From Takakia lepidozioides (lineage: Eukaryota > Plantae > Bryophyta), in contig CM060732.1 of NCBI GenBank assembly GCA_030704615.1, positions 40,610,001-40,674,000 of the forward strand: a stretch of DNA of 64,000 bases, read 5' to 3'. The notes under the pieces are model-generated. The model had not been told where the DNA came from. It saw nothing but the letters and a program-made list of their open reading frames with translations, and did not search any database. The translations under genes and the position numbers were made by a program. This document shows positions 40,217-52,200 of this stretch, in pieces (position 1 is the stretch's first letter; the number at the start of each line of letters is the position of its first letter).

Positions 40217-41028
40217 GGCCCACCCCGAGCTGTCTCTCTCTCGCTCCCATCTCTCTTTCACCACTATCCTACACTTGGCTCAACAATGTTTTACACCTTC
40301 CAAATTCACAGCATCATCAACAAAGGATCTCCACTGATGGTCAGTAGCCTTGTTTCCTCGAATTCGCTTTGTCATATCCACCTGTCCCATAGCGGCCCTG
40401 ACAAATCTCTTAGAAAGGTTCTGCTTAAACTTGCAAGAATATGGTTCTATCGAGGAATTAATGCAATGCAACTCGTAGTAAACTTAATTACTCTTTATAA
40501 GTGTTTCGTATTCAGAGCCGCAATTTCACGAGGTTCAACAAACATGAAGGAAAACAAAACCTGGCCACGCTTGCACTGAAAGTAGGTCTCCCGTAAGCCC
40601 ACGCATTCAGAAGGAACCGATGGACTCTTCTCTCCGGACGTCCTTGTAGGAACGCTTCTCCTCCTGCGTTTTTATAATTTGCATTTCTTCAATGATTCGT
40701 CCCTACGTCTAGCTTCAATTGTGTAACGAAACGTTGTCCCTACCAAAACTCTCTTTGCGAAGGAGCTCTAACGTGACGGAAACAACAATATCTCTCAAAA
40801 GAAACAGAATCGGGGGAGGAAACGAGGCTGGGATTCGAAAGGAAGTAGTTGCGGCTCTGATGATATGAATTCATTGTGACTGACATCTCCACATCGATAC
40901 TGGAACTTGATACTGGACTATTAACAAAAGAAATTGCCTCATTTAGTAAGTTATATGATGCTACTAAGGCGGGTGTGCATGAGCTTATAGCGAGGTTTAT
41001 AACTGATGGCAGGTTTGAAGGTTTGAAG

Positions 41029-41419
41029 CAGTGTTGTACTGGTATCAGGTTTAGGACATACCAGTTGGGTATCTATAATGTTTTTCTTATATACTGGTAT
41101 GAATATGAGTATTATGACCACAAGTACCATGTGGTATATAGTATCAATAGGGTATCATTCCAAGTAAATAAACAAAAAAATAAAATTTATATTATATTAT
41201 AGTATCTATTAAATAAATATAAATACGTATAAATACACAGCATATATATATAATAATTTAATATAGTATTGATACCAATATAAATGAGGAAGATGGCTGG
41301 GTAGTACTGGTATCAGTACTGGTATTTAAAAATCAATAACAGTCGGGTAGGTTCTGCAATACCAGATTTATACCCAGTATTGATACCCAGGTGAAACCCT
41401 CTATACCAGTACAAGACTG
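41029..41419. mobile_element. Non-autonomous hAT element (391 bp)
   Basis: 17-bp TIRs CAGTGTTGTACTGGTAT / ATACCAGTACAAGACTG (1 mismatch), 8-bp TSD GTTTGAAG (41021-41028 and 41420-41427), and many internal ACTGGTAT/ATACCAGT motifs. Confidence 0.92.
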
Positions 41420-44400
41420 GTTTGAAGCCTCAAATTATGGTAAGACTGGAGGGTAACAAGTAACAAGTCAACCTTAGGTAGTTAAGGTTTTGTTTTGTCT
41501 TTCTTCTTTTCAAAAACTTGAGGAGGGAGAGTCGTTTTCAAGGAGTTGTCAGCCTCATTTGGATACATCGACCTTCCTGCAAAATTGATACAACGGATTT
41601 TTGCCATGGATGTTGAACCGATTGCTGAGGGTCGGCAACTTGTGGAGAGGGCAACCAGCCCAGGCTATGGGACTGTTGTAGTGAATCTGGAACCGGATTG
41701 TAGTCCCACGGAATCCGAGCCAGACACAGAAGCAGAATTTCCTCGTGTTGGAGGGCCGCCACTTATATCCTGTCACTTTTTACTAAATCTTCTCAACGAC
41801 GCCATATTAATGTTTCGGTAACATTCTTTCTTAAACTTCTTGGTCCTTCTCCTCAATCGCTAGTTCTATATACAGATGGTCTGCAGAGTCGAAGTTATTT
41901 TCTCGTTTCTTTTTTGAGCTTTTGACTTCCCAAGCATCGTGGGTCAGGTTCTCAACATTCTCGCTTAAGTTGGTCACAATTGTAACTGATGAATGTGTGC
42001 AACTCGGAGAGTGACTTACTTGAAAAGATTTGAGAAAGATTGGACAACTGGAGAAGGAATCAGCCAGGAATAGCTAGAAATTAAATTGTTGTCATAGGCT
42101 GTGTTAGCTGCTTATGAAGTTCCACAGAGAGGTTTTCACTATTTATGAAGGATGCCATATCATACATGAACACTAGAAGGCACATGAAGGAGCTTTGGCG
42201 TGCCTTGCTCAAATTTTCATGAAACCCCCCATATCAACTGCAACCACCGGTATGTGGCATAGTCCTCATAAGACAGGGATTTTGAAGAACCAGGACCAAC
42301 GCCCCCTCAGCAACATTAACGAGAGTCGCTTAGAGGTTATTGTGTTGATTGAGAGTGGCAGCCAGAGAAATCCATCAGCATGTTATTCAATGTGGCCCCT
42401 TTAGGCTCCTATAGGAACTCTTTGACATTTACTCTACATTTTCACATAAAAACCTATCGAATGTTGCCATACAAGCATGGTGATTGCAGTGAAACATGAA
42501 GACTTTGACAATTAACTTTTTGGAGATTTACAGCCTCTATGATGTTTTGCATTTGATGTTCAGGTCACTGAGTTTCGTGACGAATGATTTGCTGGCCTCT
42601 GAGGCTGCTAAACTTAATGAGGGTGATCTTGAAGACAAAGTTTACCCTGCCCTGGATGGCAAACTTCAACCTGTAATCATCCCACACTTTTCAGAGTGGT
42701 TGGAAGTACTTATGTGTAAGATGGCTGTTTCTAGTGTAGAGCTAAGGCAGATCCAACAATACTTGCCACAAGGTGGCGAAAATCCTCTAGAACCAACCCA
42801 TTTCATCCCTCATGTGGAGGTTGCAGACCAACCTGAGTGGTTTAATGGTCACTCTCACCATCTATGGGGCCACCAGACATGTTCAGGTAGCTAACCTGCA
42901 CTGGCAGCCCTCTTGGAAACACTAGCCTCTAAGCCGGAAGGTGTTACTGGACCTTTGAACAGAGACAATCTACCCCTGGAGACTTGCGGAGCATTCCAAA
43001 AGCATGCAGATTATCCACAATTTCAAGGCTTCGAGGGTATATCATCTAGGTAGTCAGTGCCAGAACCTCCAAGTTCAACATTTTGGCAATTGGCTGACAG
43101 ACAGATGATGGACCGTCAAAGCCTGCAACAGAGAGAGATAGTGCATTTGTATGTGTGATGGAGAGGCACCACTTCCCAGCCTGACTTTTCTTGACAACAA
43201 ATGTCCCATGCTGCCCACAAACGAGTGCTGACGCAGCCATGAAAACTGGGCTGAGGGCCAGGACATTGTGGAAAGGCTGAAGCAGCATGCAGAGCATTTG
43301 GAGCATATGAATGATGCAGAGCACGATGAGGTGTTGAAGGCGGAGAAGGTGTTGAGCATGTCGGCATGGCTTCTTTGCTGCTTCTTCAATGTAATGTACA
43401 ATGCCATCCCCAATTGCACAAGGTTATGCATTTGCATCCTACCAGACATTCACAACTGTCTAGAAGGAGAAATCTGAATTCAACTCCATGCTTGGCATAA
43501 ACTGACTGACTGAAGTCTGTCGTCAGATGTCAAGAGGTTTTGGGTCTGGAGACTGGAGACCATCGGCTTTCTTTGAACGCCGCATGCATGAACTTGTTTC
43601 ATTGCAAATAATTGCAGATTGTTTTTTTTATCAGTGCTCCTCATTGTCTTATTTTTGTGTCCAAACAACAACCTATTCATATCCAGTAGTCATCTATGTC
43701 TCCTGACCTTGGAAAGTATTATAGACTGTAAGTGGCAGTCATATTTGAATCATACTAGTGAGAGAGATGCTTACCTTGTATTTAGCATGTGGGGGTGCCA
43801 TATAATGGCCTAATCCAACGGATGCCACACATATGATGGTGGGAGCCAGACCCGTAAGTCCGCCTTGGAGGAGCTGGAGACCACGGCCATAGAACCACCT
43901 CCAGCATTGCTGTTCTTGGCTGAAACGCTTACTAAGGTAGGATGATGCTCTTCCATGCCACTGACAGATGTATGCTCACTACCAATATTCATTCAAGCAT
44001 CAATGTCTTATATCCGGTGGAGTGCTTTCCTGGAAATTATAGCCAATATCTTAGCAACAGTTAGTCTATTTTCCTTCTAAGGACCAACAATTGGCGATGC
44101 CAGGCTACATGAGCAGATGTCCTCCACTGTATTGGCCATGCTATCATGTCAAATCCAAGGCTCTTTTCTGCAACTGTGGATGACTAATGGTCATTCATGT
44201 GGCACTCACGTACATGTCGCTGTTCAACAAACAGAAGATGCAGACGTCTGGATTCAGGAGAAAATGCGGGGGAAGTTGTCATAAGAATTTTGATCGGACT
44301 GACTCCGGAATAAGAAAGAAGAAAGGAAGAAGGAAATGCATGGCGGCAGGAAGCCCAAATATTTTGTCTAAAATCATCAAGTGATGAGTGGCACAGGGGG

Positions 44401-44699
44401 AGGAATTTTTTGGCCTTCCTGGGCTGTTCCTGTAAACAGCCATAATAAACATTTGATCAACCAAAACCGGAGTATGACCAAGGTTCAAGGGAATGACACG
44501 GTAGAACTTCATTCTTAATTTCATTCTTAGCTTATAATTTACCAGCTGCTGAGTTGGCCCTCAGTGTGCCTTTGCCATGGAATGATGCAGATCAGAAAGC
44601 TGGCGATGAAGCGGTTCTCTACTTCACTGGAGGAAGAGGAAGCTATTGAGGGCTACCGCTCAGAGATTTACTGCCGTGAAGAGAGGGTTGTCTTCCACC

Positions 44700-45120
44700 A
44701 GTCACCTCCTGGAAGAATGTGATCTGTCATTAGTGCATGATATTGTGCACCACCATTATGCCTGTACATCTATCTCCCTTCCCTGTGGGCCTCCTGTGGA
44801 TGTAGTGAACTTCTTTCATTGTCCAATGGCCCCTCGGGTCCCGCCATGAGTGCTGTAAAGTTTGTTTTTTGGTCTTTCTATCACGGAGATCCGTGGGAGA
44901 TTCAATGTAAGTTCCAGGATACTCAAATCTCTCACGGAGGTCTTCTATTGTGAGAATCAGAAATGCTTGCAGCTTACCTGCAGGAGGCATTGACACTTTT
45001 ACAATCCCTGCAATAGTTGCTTTTGGGCTGGTTGTGGTCTCTCTTTCTTGTTTCTTGCTTCCTCTTGTCCAATAAGCTCTTTGAGCTTTCTGCGGACGTT
45101 ATAAAGTACCATTTCATTTC
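44700..45120 (+). mobile_element. LINE family B 3' end copy
   Basis: LAAYLQEALTL, then a UTR ending taagctctttgagctttctgcggacgttataaagtaccatttcatttc, homologous to the reverse complement of 5515-5800. The 5' boundary is uncertain. Confidence 0.75.
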
Positions 45121-46734
45121 TCTCTCCCCATCTCTTGGGCATGGCTGATTGAGGATTGTCTCCAGAGGCCTTCGGCATTGAAAGTCCGAAGTGCCTTGCA
45201 GCCTTACTGCTTGTCAGTCTTCGGAGGAAACGTCATATATTCTAAAATTTCTTACTTCCTCCATGTGCTACCATGGGACATCAACTCATGTCCATGCTGC
45301 AGGCAATTGTCAAAAAATAACATTTGGCTTGCTACCGTTTGGCACTACTTGGTCTCATAAGACCATAGAGGTGATGGAGAGGTGAATTGTTTCATGAAGG
45401 GGCTCAGTTCATCAAGGAGCATTTGACTATAGAGCACCAGTTGCAGATGGAAAGAAAACAGCGGGCAGATGCTTTAGCAGAGTACCAAGAGAATGAGCGT
45501 ATCATCCATCGTAAGTAAATAACTATTGGGTATTTCTAAATAAGGATCAGTGAATCTCTCAATGTATATTTAGGCTGGGGCAGTAAGGTGAATAGCTCAC
45601 TAGGAGTGATTGTGTGTGTAGAGGACAAGGAGAATGCCAAACTGCAAGCAATAGCAATGGAGGAGCAACTCAAGGCCGACTGCGCTGCTTTGGAGGCCCA
45701 AGAGTTTGCCGTGTTTAGTGAGCAGGTTAGCTCTCTTGTTCCGTCATGACAGATCTGTAGGTTTTGTAGTGGGGTGAAGTGAAAAGTCTACAGTTGGACT
45801 CGTGTTCTTAAAACACTGAGTGATAAAAGTGTGATATGAAGGAGGGCTATGTGTGCAAGTCATCAAGTGCTGCATCACATCTGTAGTTAGGATTGTGGTG
45901 GTTATGGAGGTCTGTAGAGGAGTAAGAATGCAGGAGTGGTGCTAACTCTGCATCTATAGATACAATATAATAGAGGTATGTATGCGTGAACCATCACCCT
46001 GTCAATGTTTGACAGGAAACAAAACTGAGTACAGAAAACGCTAAGATGAGGGAGTCCATTTTAGACACAGAGGTACTTCTCAATCTACAACATAAGACCT
46101 CCATGTTCTGTGGCTGCTTTGTATCTTGTATCTTGTCATTATACTGGGCATAGAACCCACATTATTATACTAGGAAGCAAAGAGTAACACAAAACTATGA
46201 CATGAGTTCTAGTGAAATAGAAGATGTTGGAAACTTTTCGTTGATCAAGATCAACGGTTGACTGCAGCAATGCCTATGAAGGGACTTTCTGTATTCAAAA
46301 GTAGGTGCCAGTTCTCATAAAAGACACCTTTGTGGGTAGCATGGCCATCTTGGAAGACAGAGATGCCTGGAAACCAGATACACTTACTATGATGCTTTCT
46401 CCCTCAAGCTGGACAGAGGAAAAGTCGAGACAAGGAGCTACAAATGCGAGGAAAGAAAGGACAAAGTGTAGAGGAGGTGGAAGACTTGCTGTTTGAGTAT
46501 GAGAACGATATCATCACCCGAACTGCAAGTCTAAACCTTCTTACTGTATGTGACTCCTCTTTGTTCTACACCCTCTGGGCCCCCTTTCAACATTATGCAG
46601 TTTTCTTTCTTTCCTTCTCTCTATCAATTTGAGGTGACAATCTTCGGCCACAAGGCTACAGCTAGAAAGCAGTGTGAATTGTATGCCTGGCCCTATGGCG
46701 TGTCTCCAGTCTTTGAAAAAGGAACAATTAGACT

Positions 46735-46922
46735 CTTAAGATGTTGTTTTCCGTAGCCTTGTAGCGATAGACCCCACGCCCAATCTGGGCAGAACAAGCT
46801 GGAACAGACACCACCTTTGTGAGGGGCTCACTCCAGTTGTGGGACTTACCTTGATATAAACAGTGGGTTTGGGCTTTACAGATTTCCTCTAGAAAGCCCT
46901 TCACACAAGCATCAATTTTGTG
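46735..46922 (-). mobile_element. LINE family A 3' tail copy
   Basis: Diverged match to 26838-27081, with degenerate TSD-like flanks (aaaaggaa..ttaga). Confidence 0.75.
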
Positions 46923-49216
46923 TGAGAAAAAAAAGGAATTAGAGAAAGATAAAAAGGGTGTGGTCTACTGGCAAGCGATGTGCAGGCTGAGCATGAAGGA
47001 ATAGATAAAAAGCTAAAGAAGATGGAAACATACTTTGCTGAGAAGGCCCGCTTGGTATGACTTTTGCTTCTCTCTCAGCAACAAAGTTTTAGATGTTTGG
47101 GGATGGCATGTGTATGGAATGTGGTAGCAAGCATGCTGTTTGTTGTCAGTAGCTCCCATCCTCAAAGCTCTTGCGAACTTTGACACCAACTGGCACTGCG
47201 GAATGATCAGGTCATGCAGCTCAGATCTTTTGTAGTTGGGTGCAAGTTTCTCTGCAGCTCCGGTAAGAGGAGCAGCTCTGGTGGTTGTGTTGCATTTTTG
47301 TTAATGTGCACTTTGCTGTTATTTGCCCTCATAGCCTTGGTCCCAGTGCTACTTGAGCAGGTAATGTTTGGTGAGGATTTTATCACTCGAGATGTGGTCG
47401 TGTTGAGCACTTTCCATCACGCGAGGAAATATGAATATGTCATGAATTCTGTGACAGCCAATACATGTATGTCTTGAAGAATGTAGACCTTCAGGTTTGA
47501 GTGCTTCACAATTTAATGCTTTTCAAAACATCTCTTATCAGAACATTTTGAATGAATGATAATTGGGTGCTACAGGCAGAAGTAAAAGCGGAGGAAGAAA
47601 GGATTGCTCACGAATTGAATGTTGTACGTCCCCAATAATGCTTTTGTTTTGCATTTCGAAAGACATCCATGGCTATCAAATGTTTGTGAAGTTTAAAAGA
47701 GATCTTGGTGAAGCTCTCAATGCCTGGGGCATGGTCTTAAATCAGGAGCTTGATGTCATCAGTATTGCAATTTGCTGTCTCGGCAATCAACATCCGACCA
47801 TGTGTTTCTAGAGGGTCTATGGTCATTTATTACTTTATGTGAAAACTGATTCCTCCATGAAATAAGTTATTGAGAAGAATACTACAGCAACTGAGCTCCT
47901 GGGATTGCAGGAAAAAAGGAGGAAAAAGTGGCTCCCTTACTATGCTACCTGCCGCATCCAACGTTATTGGAGGCGACATCTGGCTGTCAAAGTTGCAGCA
48001 GAGAAAGCTGCCAAAGGGGTGGGTAGTTGATCAAAGTTTCTCTGTAGGCAGCATATGATGTATATTGTGAAAAAGCACATATTTGAACCTAAACAGATAT
48101 AACAACCTCCATTGCTATATAGGATCAATGCTCCAACAATTCTCAAGTTTGCTAGTAACGCAATTGATTGGTGCAAACAGGAAAAAGGTGGAAAGGGCAA
48201 GAAAGGTGGTGGAAAAGGTGGTGGCAAGAAGGGCAAAAAGAAGAAATAAAGGAAAGATTGCCATCAGCATTGCCCTTTCAATGAAAAATGTGTTGGTAGC
48301 ACTGTTTCGAGTGTGCATTTCTATGCAAATATTGAATTGATGACTTGGCATTCTTGAGCTTTGCCCCACAATTATTTCTCAAAAGTAGCTTTGTTACTAG
48401 CTACATGCTTGGCTATTTTTTGCTTGTCATTTTTTATCAATCACATGAGGTCAGTACCAATGTTGTGCAGGTCTATGATTTACACTGACATAGCCACTGG
48501 GGTAGACCCGGGTAATTGGATTTGTACATACTCAGACCCAGCGGCATATGATACTCGGATATTACCCTATCCTTAAGTATATAACGGATGATGTAGTTCA
48601 TAGATTTACCTTACCCAATGATGGGTATAAACCAATGTTGGGCGGGTATTACTCTTTTTAATACCAGCTGGGTCCTGGTATTGAAAAAAAAAAAAATCAA
48701 TACCAGCCGGTTCCATAGCATTGGAATGTTCACTTAATTCTAATATCTGCCGGTTCTCAATAGTATTATGATGACCTTTCCTTTGGCTTCTTGTCAGGAC
48801 CTTGACTTTAGTTACTCCTGCTTCCGGGGCAGTGTCCCCTTTCTGAGCCTCCATGGCCTGAGAGGTTATTTTTCCCACAATTATAATACATTTGGCCTCT
48901 CTGGGGCCTTCTTGGGAGAAAAAAACAGCGGCTATATAACTTAAGCGCTGCAGTAATAAACGGGCCATTACCACCACCACAGCAGCGATGGGATCTCCTC
49001 TTTCTCTGGCTTCCGCCTCCCTGGCAGTTGTTCCACTCTTCAGAGTGAGGGTTTAATGAGTTTTCCTTTTACGTGCCCGAGCCGATTCCCGCTGCGCACT
49101 ACCAGACTGACATCATATTCTCCGCTCATCAGTTGGGCGTGTCTTGTACGCAGAAGACCAACTACCTCTCTTGTTCTTTGCAGTATTTGCTTCTTGCCTT
49201 TGTGACATGCTTCATC

Positions 49217-52200
49217 TCATTTGTGCTCCATTTCGACCAAGGATGCCAGATACTGCTCTACAATGTCTAGGCCACATAAGGTCTTGACCTTGTCAAATGT
49301 TGCAGGAGGGTCAAGTCGGAAAACATCAGCCCCTTTCATCATGCTTCCATTTGCTCCAGGATTTGTTGTTCCTGAAGGAAACTCTCTTCGTGCAGCTTGA
49401 ATGGCATACCGGATTGCGCTAAGGATCGATCCTGCCAACAGCAGTGGTGGCTCACCGGACGCTGCAATAGCCATTGATTTGTGAGATGCCATACGATTGC
49501 AGCTACAACCAGCCTAGAGAACAGTCTTGGAAACAGGAACTTGCCGTTCAAATATGTCCATGGACTAAACCATGTCCAAATGCAATTCCCGTGCAAAGCA
49601 AGGAACATCCTTCCGTTTTACACACTGAATTACCTTTAGAGGAAAGGATGCGGTCTTTGTGGGCAGGGCTGTTGTAAAGCTCCACATTGAGGTTGTGTGG
49701 GATCACATCCATACTTGGGACCTTGTAGGTCCACGTCCCATCTGATACAAGCTTCCCCTTGTTGTCCCTCACAATGTCCTCTGTCAAGAAGAAACCAATG
49801 CCTTGCACAAATGCGCCCTCTACCTGCATAAAAGCATCGATTCCGAGCTAAATTGCTGCATGTCACAAACCTACTGTTATAGATGCTTTCACAACTTCCT
49901 GCGCCACTTAGGACTCTTCAAACTTCAATCAGCACAACCCAACATGCTCAGGTATGTTCAATTGGGAGGTTTTGCCCCACCAATTGGAAGAAAACAAGGG
50001 AAAGTGGATTCATCAGCATTCTTACTAGAATGAACCAGATGACATGATTGATAGAAGTGTTCTGGGGACACCGGTTTAAAGACTACGGAAATTAGAAACG
50101 GAAATGGATTGAAATTGTGGACTTAAGGACAGGTTGGACAGGTTACACCTGGCAAAAGGTTGTACTCATTTAAAATCAGCCAGTCTAGCAATTTGAATGG
50201 AGCAGACAAGGATAGCAAGACACTCTATAAACGTCAATATTAAGTCAATAGAAAAGTCACCAGGAATACTCTACCCAACAGCCTCATACGTGTAGCAATG
50301 AACACTACATGGATGAGAGCAATCAAACAGATGGGTGTGGGAGACTAACCTGGCCAAGATCAACAGCGGGGTTTAAGCTCTTTCCACAATCATACGTTAA
50401 ATCTGTCGAAAGAATTCTGGTCTCACCCGTCAACACATTTATCTCCACCTGCCAAATATAAGGGTAAAGTTGAGGCCTCCATGCCAAGTACCAAATCTTA
50501 ATTTGCTCAATCCTTCCCGCATTGCAGATTCCCTTTGACCCTATGCATAAAGCACACACCTCCGTCTGTCCAGTGTGGTCCTTGGTCTGATGTCTCTCCC
50601 TGCAAACTTGGCAGAAAGCTAAGCTGTGGCAACGAAGTACATGTTTGTTCCACTCACCTGACTAAGGCATACCCCATAGTTGAGATATTGCATTTTTGTT
50701 GGACTCCAGCGCACATGGGCTGTCAAGTCCGTCATGAACTTTCCCTGCATGTAGGATTTCCCCAGTGAAACACATGAGTGAGTTTTGAAACTACAAACCT
50801 GTATGAAAATATACAACAGTAAAGGCCGTCAGTCTCCGTCATAAACTGGTATACAAGCACTCAGCAAATGATGCACGTGGCCGAAGTAGGTGAGCCAAAG
50901 TTCATACTTGCTGTTTTGGGAAAAGTTGAGAGATATGGTGAGTTTAAAAGTCTATGTGTTTTAGCTATGCAGATTGCTCCTCAATTCTTCGTTTATCCTT
51001 GGCCAAACTGAACAGGAAATAGAAGACGAAAATACCGCGCCAGCCAGGGCCTCCCAAGGAAGTGAGTTACTGGGAAGGTCTTTCTCGAGATTCTGCTTGA
51101 TAGGCAACAACCTTTCCACCAGGACAGCACACGCTTCCATCACCGCTGCGCAGCTACCCTCTGATGTGGTGCTACCACCAGTGAAGCCACCATTTGCAAG
51201 ACTGATGGAATCTGCTTGGACAATGCGAACCTTTGACATGTCAACACCTCTACCCTGCATCCACACATATACAGTGCCGTTAGTACGGCATATCAATCAG
51301 CAAGCAGGACAAGTCCTCTGAAGGAAGAACTAGATGTGAGTTCAGTTCAAACGGTGGGAAGCACACAAGTTAAAAACAGCAGGCCGCAGGCTCAAGTCAT
51401 TTGCATAACGATATGATGCAAAGATGCAAAATGCCATAGATCAGAGACTACAGAGCCCTCAACAGGTGATCGGTGAATGCACTGTAATTCTTTGGCGAAG
51501 TCTTGCTGTCCACACAGAGATGTCTTATGTTTTCCTGTTGCAAAGTACTGTGCAGCCTCCATGTACTAATTTGGACACAGTTGATAACTCATTCATTCAT
51601 TCATTGATCCCCATATAGGGAACACAAATCATGTTTTGGAGGACACTGTGACATTGGAAAAAGGGGGACATGCTAATACTGTGTGGGCAATTCCAAAAAA
51701 TCCAGTAAGTCACGCTCATGTGTACAACATGGTTTCTGGGGTGCAAGCTCACCTGTGGCCATAGTTTGCTGAGACCAAAGGCTATTGTCTGTTTCACTTT
51801 CGTGTAGAGCCCTTGCCCCATTTCCACTCCTCCCACCTCTGCTACAATGGAGCCATCCTGGAAAATGCTTACTGTCGCAACACAGGGAAAAGCACCGAGT
51901 GCATAGATGCATGGGATCATAGCCAGGCCACGCTTAGCCCATTTTGATTGAGAGTTGAAGGCCTGCACTTCTCTCTCTTTTAATTCCCAATTGGTGGAAG
52001 CCTTGAGCTTCTCCCACATCAGGGCTAAAGTGTAGCCATCAGCACCGCCTACTTTGTCAGCCCCACAGAACTTTTCAATACTTGAAGCATCATGAAAGTT
52101 TTTCTCTCGCACTTTATGTGCATCCATGCCCAGTGCTGCGGCCACATGCTCAATTATTACATCTGCAATGAAGGACCCCTGCACATCACCAGGAGCTCGC

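Larger units (their letters stand above)
40876..47361 (+). pseudogene. Degraded multi-exon gene of unknown family with coiled-coil C-terminal exons
   Basis: Exon-like segments with splice sites near 40876-41440, 41552-41745, 42564-43330, 45383-45510 (EHQLQMERKQRADALAEYQENE), 45622-45725 (AMEEQLKADCAALEAQE), 46016-46072 and 46986-47054. There are stops, frameshifts and three TE insertions. Boundaries are approximate. Confidence 0.4.

Noticed and set aside
40280-40579. Short ORF faintly like a Merlin/IS1595 transposase C-terminus
   Set aside because: Catalytic motifs are not recognisable and there are no TIRs.
48457-48725. Second ATACCAG-rich segment as the far end of a large transposon paired with 41029
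   Set aside because: The 41029-41419 element is self-contained with its own TIRs and TSD. This segment has only weak TIR similarity and no TSD, so it is at most an old relic.
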